Translations under genes and position numbers: made by a program
Notes under the pieces: model-generated
Seen by the model: only the letters and a program-made list of their open reading frames with translations
Database searches by the model: none
Told to the model about the DNA's origin: nothing
NCBI GenBank assembly: GCA_050309605.1
Contig: JBNRMN010000063.1
Location: forward strand, 32,001-96,000
Source: Anaerohalosphaeraceae bacterium
GTDB taxonomy: Bacteria; Planctomycetota; Phycisphaerae; Sedimentisphaerales; Anaerohalosphaeraceae
Length of the DNA stretch: 64,000 nt
Direction: 5' to 3'
In this document: positions 1 through 8,600 of the stretch, one piece after another
How the letters are laid out: every line of letters starts with the position of its first letter
Numbering within the stretch: position 1 is the first letter of the stretch

Positions 1-700
1 ATTGTAAAAACCAGCGCGGACACCAACGCGGCGGCGCAAGCCGCCCGATACGGGATACGGATAGATGGGACGTTTTCCAAGTCGCGGCATTATCCGGCCG
101 CTTGCGCGGCTCGGCTGTTGTAAACTCTCCCCCTGTCAAGGGGGAGTACCGCGAAGCGGGGAGGGGGTAAAAAACAAGAACAATTCGACTCGGCCTGAAG
201 GGTCAATAACGCCCTGAAAGGGCAATGATACCTTAGCCCAGCCCAACGGGCTGGGTCATGAGTTCGCCGGTCGCCGGTCGCCCTGTAAGGGCAATATAGG
301 TTGCTCTTTCAGAGCGTCGAGGCGTATGGCCGATCTAACCCAGGGCGTTGCCCTGGGCTGGGGTATGCTGCCCCTTCGGGGCGACAACAGCGTGACGCAC
401 CAGCGTGCGCAATAGCGCGGCCGCGCGAGCGGCCCGATGGGGCGTAACGCCGTGGGTGTCGTTATCCGGCGGCTGGCGCCGCTCGGCTATTGTAAACACC
501 AGCGTGCACATCAGCGCGGCGCAATAGCGCGGCGGCACAAGCCGCCCGATGGGGATGCGGATAGATGGGGCGTTTTCCAAGACGCGACAGGATCCGGCCG
601 CTCGCGCGGCTCGGCTATTGTATGGGTCGTTATCCGGCCGCTCGCGCGGCTCGGCTGTTGTTACGTGTCGCCATCCGGCTCACTCGCGCGGCTCGGCTGG
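1..700. repeat. Mosaic of REP-like hairpin repeats (BIME/REPIN-like)
   Basis: Family A inverted doublets (AAyAGCGCGGCCGCGCrAGCGGCCCGAT ... ATCCGGCCGCTCGCGCGGCTCGGCTGTT) at ~26-119, 411-491 and 523-700. Family B (GCCCTGAAAGGGC, CCCAGGGCGTTGCCCTGGG) at 210-383. Hairpin CTCCCCCT-GTCA-AGGGGGAG at 126-146. Confidence 0.85.
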
Positions 701-748
701 TTAACTTTCGTGCCGGGGGCGATTATTTGAACGTATGGGATGAATACC

Positions 749-777
749 TGGCAACCGATGGCGGCATTTGCTATAAT
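749..777 (+). promoter_or_regulatory. Putative sigma70 extended -10 promoter of the GH5-like gene
   Basis: TG-C-TATAAT at 769-777, weak -35 TGGCAA 17 bp upstream, 36 bp before the ATG at 813. Confidence 0.55.
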
Positions 778-812
778 CGCATCAAAAATCCTTTTTTGAA
801 AGGGCAAAGGCG

Positions 813-3329
813 ATGCGATGCTATGGGTTCATTTTGGTTGTGCTGGTGCAAATGGCGGTGCTGTGCGGTGCGGAACTGGTGCCGTTTGTGATTCCACTGG
901 AGATGGATGCGCAGTCGCCGCTGCGGATGGCATTCGAGCCGCTCAGCGCGGCGGATCGTTTAACCGCACGGGAGCATTTTGTCACGTCTGACGGGCGGCG
1001 GGTGCGGCTGTGGGGGGTGAATCTGTCGTTTGAGGCCTGCTTGCCGACGCATCAGGACGCCGAAAAGGTCGCCGACCGGATGGCCGAGTTCGGCGTTAAC
1101 ACGGTGCGGTTTCATCATCTGGACACCGCGTCCTGGCCGCGGGGCATCTGGAGCCGGGACGGCAAAACACTGCACCCCGAGGCGCTGGATCGGCTGGATT
1201 ACTTCATCGATCAGCTTGCCCGGCGGGGCATTTATACGAATCTGAATCTGCACGTGGGACGGGTACACAGCCGGCAACTGGGGCTGCCGCAGGCGGATGA
1301 AGACTACGATAAGATGGTGACTCTTTTTATGCCGCCCTTGATTGCCGCCCAAAAAGAATACGCGCAGGCTTTGCTAAGGCGAACGAATGCCTATCGCGGG
1401 ATGACGTATGCTGAGGATTATGCGGTGGCATTCGTGGAGATTACCAACGAAAACAGCCTGTTTATGTGGAGCGCGGAGCGCGTCCTGCCGACACTGCCGC
1501 CGGTGTATGCCGACGCATTGCGCCGACAGTTCAACGTTTGGCTCAAACAGCGGTATGAGTCAGCCGAACAGCTCGCCGAGAGATGGATGAAAGATTCCGA
1601 GCCGCTGGGCGCGCCGATGCTTCGAAACCCCGATTTTTCCGATTTTGGCGGTGACCGTTCCGCGCCGGACGAGTGGGTGCTTGAGCAGCATTCGGGTTGT
1701 CGAGCCGATTTGAAACAGGCCGTATTCAACGGCCGAGAGGCCTTGGTCATCGAACCGCGGCAGATTTCCGGAACGGACTGGCATTTGCAGTTCAATCAGC
1801 GTTCACTGGCTCTGCGGCAAGGGCAGATCTACACGCTCCGGTTGGAGGCTGCGGCACAGGAACCCTGCCGCGTCGTGGTTTCGGCGGGGATGGCGCACGA
1901 GCCGTGGGCGAATCTGGGGCTATGGAGGCAGGTCGAACTGGGGCCGCAGTGGCGGACGCTGACGCTGACGTTTACCGCGCCGCAGTCGGATAACAACGCC
2001 CGTGTATCTATTGCGTTTGGCCATTGCCAGACGCCGTTTGCCTTGAGACGACTGAGCCTGAAGACAGGGGCGGAGTATCGGCTGGAATCGGATGAGTCGC
2101 TGGAGGCCGGAACGATCAAGGTCTTTGTTGACACAGAGTCGCCTTCGCGGCAGAGGGATCGGATGGCGTTTCTGGCGGAAACGGAAAAGGCGTATTTTGA
2201 CGAGATGTACCGATATATCAAGGAGGACTTGCACTATCGGGGTCTGGTGACCGGGACCATCGTATTCGGTCCGCTGGGGCTGTATGCCCAGAGCGATATG
2301 GACTTTATCGACAGTCATGCGTATTGGCAGCATCCGCGGTTTCCGCGGCGGCCGTGGGATGCGGGCGATTGGCTGATTGACCAGAAGGCGATGAGCGATC
2401 ATCCTGATGAGGCGACGCTGTTTCGTCTGGCCGCCGAGCGGCTTGCGGGAAAGCCGTTTACCGTCAGCGAATACAACCATCCTGCTCCGCTGGACAGCCA
2501 GGCCGAGTGTGTGCCGATGATTGCCTCATTTGCCGCAGTGCAGGATTGGGACGGCCTGTGGCTCTATACCTATTCGCACAGCAATAATGCGTGGGATCGA
2601 GAACACCTGAACAGCTATTTTGACATCGACACCAATCCGGCCAAGTGGGGCTTTGTGCGGGCCGGAGCGACTGTCTTTCGTGATGGAAGCCTCCAGCCGT
2701 TCAGGCCGCTTGTGACAGGCCTGTCAATCGAGTCTGTGGAAGCGTTGGCCGGCCTGCATTTGAAGGCCGGGCAGAATATGCTTGCCGCCATAGGGCCTGC
2801 GGCAAAACGAGAAATGCTTCGTTTCGAGGGACAAGCTGCCTCAAAGGCGTATATGCAGTGGGACGTCATCGACGGCAAAGGCCTGTATGCGGTGGACAAC
2901 GACAGTTGTCGAATTCTGGCCGGCAGTACTGAACGCTTTCAATCTCTAACGCAGGGTTATACCGTTACGATCAATCAACCGGCGAAAGCGGCGATTACCG
3001 TCGTATCTCTGGACGGCAAGCCTTTGGTCACTGCGTGCCGCAGGATGCTGATTACGGCCTGCGGACGGTGTGAGAATACGGGGATGCAGTTTTCCGAAGA
3101 CCGCACGACGGTCGGTCGCAACTGGGGGACGGCCCCGGTGCGAATCGAGCCGGTGGTCGGCCACCTTCAGTTCAGTGCGGACTCGGTATTCAGCGGCCCC
3201 GGCGTGGTTTGCCATATCCTCAACGCCGACGGGTCGATACGCAGCAGTCTGCCGGTCAGCAAGGGACGCATTGACTTGGCCGCCGAGCATAAGACGATGT
3301 GGTATCTGATCGAGCGGCAAACGCCTTAA
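813..3329 (+). CDS. Secreted clan GH-A (GH5-like) glycoside hydrolase with inserted CBM4/9-like domain
   Basis: Signal peptide; RLWGVN, VRFHHLD, acid/base ITNENS, DSHAYWQHP, nucleophile VSEYNHP; CBM-like insert (LRNPDF...WHLQFNQ...GQIYTL...HEPW). Confidence 0.8.
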   Translation: MRCYGFILVVLVQMAVLCGAELVPFVIPLEMDAQSPLRMAFEPLSAADRLTAREHFVTSDGRRVRLWGVNLSFEACLPTHQDAEKVADRMAEFGVNTVRFHHLDTASWPRGIWSRDGKTLHPEALDRLDYFIDQLARRGIYTNLNLHVGRVHSRQLGLPQADEDYDKMVTLFMPPLIAAQKEYAQALLRRTNAYRGMTYAEDYAVAFVEITNENSLFMWSAERVLPTLPPVYADALRRQFNVWLKQRYESAEQLAERWMKDSEPLGAPMLRNPDFSDFGGDRSAPDEWVLEQHSGCRADLKQAVFNGREALVIEPRQISGTDWHLQFNQRSLALRQGQIYTLRLEAAAQEPCRVVVSAGMAHEPWANLGLWRQVELGPQWRTLTLTFTAPQSDNNARVSIAFGHCQTPFALRRLSLKTGAEYRLESDESLEAGTIKVFVDTESPSRQRDRMAFLAETEKAYFDEMYRYIKEDLHYRGLVTGTIVFGPLGLYAQSDMDFIDSHAYWQHPRFPRRPWDAGDWLIDQKAMSDHPDEATLFRLAAERLAGKPFTVSEYNHPAPLDSQAECVPMIASFAAVQDWDGLWLYTYSHSNNAWDREHLNSYFDIDTNPAKWGFVRAGATVFRDGSLQPFRPLVTGLSIESVEALAGLHLKAGQNMLAAIGPAAKREMLRFEGQAASKAYMQWDVIDGKGLYAVDNDSCRILAGSTERFQSLTQGYTVTINQPAKAAITVVSLDGKPLVTACRRMLITACGRCENTGMQFSEDRTTVGRNWGTAPVRIEPVVGHLQFSADSVFSGPGVVCHILNADGSIRSSLPVSKGRIDLAAEHKTMWYLIERQTP

Positions 3330-3331
3330 GG

Positions 3332-3408
3332 ACTCCAACTGACCGACGGCCGGTTTGAGAGATCAAAAATCAAAGATTGTAACTGTTCACCGGTTTTTTC
3401 AGTTCGAC
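3332..3408. mobile_element. Internally deleted copy of the MITE-like element
   Basis: ACTCCAACTGACCGA (14/15 match to the TIR), then TTGAGAGATCAAAAATCAAAGAT, TGTAACT and a degenerate right end CCGGTTTTTTCAGTTCGAC. Confidence 0.65.
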
Positions 3409-3441
3409 CCATTCGTTTAGGAAAGTCAATGACCGGCCGAC

Positions 3442-3617
3442 GCCCCTTCGGGGTGACACCAGCGCGGCAACAACGCGGCGCAACAGCGCGGCCGCGCAAG
3501 CGGCCCGATAGGGATGCGGATAGATGGGGCGTTTTTCCAAGACGCCACATGATCCGGCGGCTCGCGCCGCTCGGCTGTTGTTACGTGTCGCAATCCGGAT
3601 CACTTGTGCGGCTCAGG
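3442..3617. repeat. REP doublet (family A) preceded by a family B hairpin
   Basis: Close copy of 497-700, including the spacer GGGATGCGGATAGATGGGGCGTTTT(T)CCAAGACGC. Confidence 0.85.
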
Positions 3618-3695
3618 TCAAATGGCCTTTCAGGCCGAAAAAGTAAACATTTTCGGCCTGCTCCTGAACGCGGTGAACGCTTACCAAAGATTAGT

Positions 3696-3756
3696 GCAAC
3701 ATTGAGGATTCGCCCTTTCGGGCGAGCCATTTTACGGCCTTTTTCAGAACACTGTT
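3696..3756. repeat. Internal module of the MITE-like element
   Basis: ATTGAGGATTCGCCCTTTCGGGCGAGCCATTT...TTCAGAAC, also at 24781-24830 and 53321-53375. Confidence 0.8.
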
Positions 3757-3845
3757 CATAGTTCGTGGTTCTGAGTTCAACTCAAAACTCAAAACCATTC
3801 CTCGGGGTTCCATGATTCATCAAACAGTCATTTATTTTAAGAGGG

Positions 3846-4184
3846 CTAAGAGGCTCCCTTGATTTCTGTGCGAGCCGGGGCGACGCAGAAGATGTAAATC
3901 AGCGGTTCGGTGCCGGTGTTGATGATGTTGTGCGTGGTGTGCGGCGGGATGTAGCAGATTTTGCCGACGCCGACGTCCAGTTTCCGGTCTCCGACGTGAG
4001 CGGTTCCCTGCCCGGCCAGAAAGACCAATTGCTCTTCGTTGCCATCGGTGGAGTGTTGGCCGCAATCATTGCCCGGGGCCAGCCAGACCCGCCCGGATTT
4101 CATCCCGCAGCTTTCCGGCGCGCCGGGAATCAACCGCTGATAACTCTGTTCGCTATTCAATTCAATCACAAAGGTGTTCGGCAT
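3846..4184 (-). CDS. Cupin domain protein
   Basis: H-S-T...EE and IPPHTTHNIIN cupin motifs; ATG at 4184 with GAAAGGAA RBS. Confidence 0.85.
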   Translation of the reverse strand: MPNTFVIELNSEQSYQRLIPGAPESCGMKSGRVWLAPGNDCGQHSTDGNEEQLVFLAGQGTAHVGDRKLDVGVGKICYIPPHTTHNIINTGTEPLIYIFCVAPARTEIKGAS

Positions 4185-4401
4185 CAATGTTTCCTTTCAA
4201 ATATGAATAAATGACGAGGGCCATTCCTACCGAAAGGGAGCAAAAAAGTCAACTCATTTGGCGGAAAAATGGTTAAATTTCGAAATTTCTCATGCTGTGA
4301 TCAGTGTCTTTCAAAAATTCCGCAGGTTTGTTATAACTCTATTTTTCATAAGAGGATAAAGACCGCTTGGCAGCTTTTTTCGAGCACCTGGACGGCTGTT
4401 T

Positions 4402-4487
4402 TAACCGGTCAACGAAACGGTTGAACGTCGAAATTGTATCGAAAAATTTCGTAACCGGTTGACGTTTTTCGAAATTAATGCTAAGAT
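4402..4487 (+). promoter_or_regulatory. sigma70 promoter of the LacI regulator with overlapping LacI-type operator palindromes
   Basis: TTGACG (4459-64), 17 bp, TAAGAT (4482-87) with extended TG. AACCGGTT (4453-60) overlaps the -35. A second TAACCGGTCA lies at ~4402-4411. Confidence 0.7.
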
Positions 4488-4493
4488 GTGGCT

Positions 4494-5552
4494 ATGTCGA
4501 AGCGTAAAATCAATCAGAAAGATATCGCCGATTCCCTTCGATTGTCGGTTGCCACCGTCTCGAAAGCGCTAAGCGGGGATTATTCGGATATCAATACAGA
4601 AACGCGGGCCCGTGTGGTCAATATGGCCAGTCAGCTTGGGTATATGCACGGGTCCCGTCGTCAACAAGCCATCGCCGAGGATACCGCATCATACCTGGTC
4701 GGTGTGCTGATTCTGCGCAAACTGCATGAATGGCAGCATACGACCTATTTTGCCGGAATGAGCGAAAAGTGCGCCAAGCTGAACGTTTCGCTCATTTTGC
4801 ATTATGTCAGCGAAGACAGCTGTGACCATATTTTTGACCAGGAACATCAGCCCCCGGCTATGCGCGAGGGGAAACTGTCGGGGCTGATCCTGGTAAACCA
4901 CTGGCCTCAGGAGATAGCGGCTCGTTTGGCCGCACGCCAGCCGTGCGTGTCGATCCAGCAGCCATATCCTCAGGCCCGCATCGATCTGGTGGGGGTCGAT
5001 GAGATGCAGGGCATTGATACGCTGAGCGATCATTTATACGGACTGGGTCATCGGCGTATCGGCTTTTTCGGGCATTGCCCGCAGGTGGACTTTGCCCGCC
5101 GCCGCTTCGGGGCCTATGTCAGTGCCCTGTGCCGGCTGGGGCTGGGCTATAACCCGGCCTATACCGTGCCCCTTTCGGCGGCGCATTTGGAAGATAAAGA
5201 GATTGTTCTCACCGGCCAAATCGAATCCGCCATACAACGGATTCAGCACGGGGTCCGAGCGTGGATTTGTGCCAGTGATTGGGTGGGATATTTGCTTTGC
5301 CGAGGACTTATCGATCGGGGATACAGCATCCCCAAAGACGTCTCCGTTGTCGGATTCGATGACAGTGAGGACAATACGCTCGGATGCCCCAAGCTGACCA
5401 GTATTTCCATTCCGGCTCAAAAAATCGGCGCTGAAGCGCTGCGTCGGCTGATCAACCGGGTGCGCCACCCGGCCAGCCCCGTTCTGCGGGTGATGCTGCC
5501 GTGCAAGTTGTTTGAGGCGCAAACGACCGGTGCTCCGCCCCGCGGCCTGTAG
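4494..5552 (+). CDS. LacI family transcriptional regulator
   Basis: HTH QKDIADSLRLSVATVSKAL; C-terminal IPKDVSVVGFDD...PKLTSI. Confidence 0.93.
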   Translation: MSKRKINQKDIADSLRLSVATVSKALSGDYSDINTETRARVVNMASQLGYMHGSRRQQAIAEDTASYLVGVLILRKLHEWQHTTYFAGMSEKCAKLNVSLILHYVSEDSCDHIFDQEHQPPAMREGKLSGLILVNHWPQEIAARLAARQPCVSIQQPYPQARIDLVGVDEMQGIDTLSDHLYGLGHRRIGFFGHCPQVDFARRRFGAYVSALCRLGLGYNPAYTVPLSAAHLEDKEIVLTGQIESAIQRIQHGVRAWICASDWVGYLLCRGLIDRGYSIPKDVSVVGFDDSEDNTLGCPKLTSISIPAQKIGAEALRRLINRVRHPASPVLRVMLPCKLFEAQTTGAPPRGL

Positions 5553-5628
5553 GGGGGACCGCGGGCACTTCGATGTCGTACCGCACGGTTGCCGGTGAAC
5601 AAAAAAACTCAAAAACAGGGAGATTGTT

Positions 5629-8600
5629 TTGAAGTCAACATGCGCCTCCGTATTCAACGTGACCGTGTGTGTGATCGTTGTGTGGTCTGTTGGCGGTCTG
5701 TTGCAGGCCGCTCCGTATGCCGGCGACATACTGGAACTTGAGCAGCCCGACGGGTCTGTGGTTCAGGTGCAATTCTGGGGGGACGAGTATTACGCCCGCG
5801 GGGAAAGCCTCGATGGCTATACCGTCGTCCGCGATCCGGCGACCGGCTGGATCGTGTATGCCCAATTGAATGAAGACGGTTCCGAGTTTATTGCGACCGA
5901 GGTGGTGTACGATCACCGCGTGCCGACCGATCCGAATCACCCGCTGCTTTTTGAGCAGTCTGACGTTCGTGCCGCCGGTCACAATCAGACACATCGCCGG
6001 TCGGGACTGCAGCGCCGGCTCCGTCAGCGGCAGGAGGTGGTTGAGGCGATTCATCTTGAGCGGCGAATCCAACTGCATCCCGAACGGTTTCTGTTTGCGC
6101 CGGCTGGTGATGACGGGGTGGATGCCGCCGATGCCCAGACGGCGCCCGCACCGGTGAGCGGTTCGGTCGTCGGGCTGACGCTGTTGGTGGAATTTCCCGA
6201 TCAGCGGGCAACGATTTCCGCCTCGGAAATTGACCGGTTTTGTAATGAATGGGGTTATACCGGCTACGGCAATAACGGATCGGTGCGCGACTATTTTTGG
6301 GAGGTGTCCGACGGACAACTGGACTACACCAATATCGTAACCGATTATGTTATGCTCAACAACAACAAGGGCTACTATGACAGTTGCGGAGACTGGGGCA
6401 AAGCCGGTGAATTGATCAGCGAGGCCCTGAATAAATTGTGCGCACAGGGCTTTGATTTTTCAGGCCTGACCCGCGGCAGTGACGGACGGGTCATGGCGCT
6501 GAATGTCTTTTACGCCGGGTCGCCGGCGTGCGGCTGGAGCGAGGGGCTGTGGCCGCATATGAGCACACGTAACGTAACAATTTGCGGAACCTCCTTCGGA
6601 CGGTACCAAATCACCAACATCGGCAACAGTCTGCGTCTGGGAACGTTTTGCCATGAGAACGGCCATATGGTACTCGGATACCCGGACCTGTATGATTATA
6701 CGTATGAAACAAACGGGGCGGGCAGTTTTTGTCTGATGAGCTACAGCGGCCCCGGCGAAAATCCGGTTCCGCCGTGCGGCTATCTGCGCTCGACCAGCGG
6801 CTGGGAGACGGTCGTCGATATCAGCCATGACCCGTCCGGTACGCTGCGCACCCATCCGGCCAATACCAACCTGAGCTACCGCTACTCGAATCCGAATAAC
6901 AGCCGGGAATACTTTTTAATCGAAAGCCGCCTCAAAACCGGGCGCAACAGCGGTCTGCCGGCCGAGGGGCTGTTGATCTGGCGAATCAATGAAGACGGCT
7001 CGAATACGTCCCCTGTGCCTCATCCGACGCATCCGTATCGTCAGTTCTTCCGTGTTGCGCTGGAACAGGCCGACAACCAGTTTCATCTTGAACGCAAGAG
7101 CAACTACGGCGATGCGAACGATTCATTCAGGGGCGGGTATCGCGACACCTTTGACGATTTTACCACACCCGACGCCAAGTGGTGGGATGAGAGTTTTTCG
7201 GGGCTTTCGATTACTCAGATTTCATCGGTGTCGGGACAGATGAGTTTTCTGGTCGGCGGAGGATTCAGGCCGACGGCGCATTATCGGTTTGAACGCAACG
7301 GACAGGATGCCTCGGACAACGGCTACCACGCCGTCGGCTACAATTTCCCCGGCGACGGTTCGTTTTGGTTCGGCGCCAGTTTCGAGGGCAGTTATTCCGA
7401 TTTGGGCGGGTCGCTTCAGCTCAGCGGTGCAGGCGAGTATGCCGAGTTGCCGTCGGCGGTGGGAGTCGGCGGGCAGATCGGGATTGCGTTCTGGATGCGG
7501 GCCGACCAGCGGGCCGATATGATTCCGCTGGATAAGTTCCCCGCCGATGCATCGGGGGCCGGCTGGAGTGTGCGTCTCCGAAATGACGGGCATATTGCCT
7601 TCCTGGTCGGCAGTGCAGGCAATCATACGGAAGTTGTCACGCGCCACCCGGTCTATGAGGCCGGACGATGGGGCCATGTCGCCTGCTCTTTCAAAGATGG
7701 GCAGGCTCGTATTTTTGTCAACGGTCGGCTTCGGGCGATGCGAAGCGGCCTGACGCAGACGCCCGATACATCGGTGATGCCGGTTCGTTTGGGTCTTGCC
7801 TCACAGGTTCATCCCGATTGGGCTTATAAAGGATTGATTGACGAGGTGCGTTTCTACGACATGGAATTGACCGAAGGCCGGCTTGACGCCGTTGACGGAT
7901 TGAACTTCAAACCCGGCCGAGGGGCGATTCTGCATTTGCCGCTGGATGAACGAAGCGGTGCCGTGGCCGAGGACTTAAGCCGACAGGGTCAAGACGGCAG
8001 TTTGAAAAACGGATTGTCTTTCGACAGCGATTCCGTGCCGGGGGTGGCCGCCGGTGCGCTGCGATTTGACGGGACGGATGATTACATTGAAGTGCCCGGC
8101 GGTTTCTACAGGTTTAACGGCGGCTTTACGGTGTCGATGTGGGTCTATCCTACGGAGGTCAAACAGTGGGCGCGTTTTATCGACTTCGGCAACGGCAGCA
8201 GTGCGGACAATCTCCTGCTGGCGCGGTATGGCACGACCAATGATCTGACATTTCAAGTGTATAACGGCTCGTCCGGCGGCGGACACGTTCGGGCGGCGAA
8301 TGCGATTGAGCTGAACACATGGCAGCATTTTGCGGCAACGATAACCGACGGCGGTTCTGTTGTCCTGTATAAGAACGGACAGGTTATTGCCTCCGGCACG
8401 ACGGGCAGTGCCCTGAACGTCTATCGCACACGAAACTATATCGGGCGGAGCAACTGGGACGGCGACGCTTACTATGCCGGCTTGATGGACGATATTCGGA
8501 TGTACAACGATGCGCTTTTGGCCTCGGAAATTCAGGCGCTGTATCAGCATCGTCGAATGGATTCGCCTTATCCCCTTCATGGCGCCGACGAGGTCAGCCC

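Noticed and set aside
1..700. CRISPR array
   Set aside because: Units are inverted doublets with reused spacers and irregular spacing, and no cas genes are present.
335..891. Small ORFs in the repeat region (also 3326-3761 and 11081-11833)
   Set aside because: They are translations of REP repeats without an RBS or protein-like composition.
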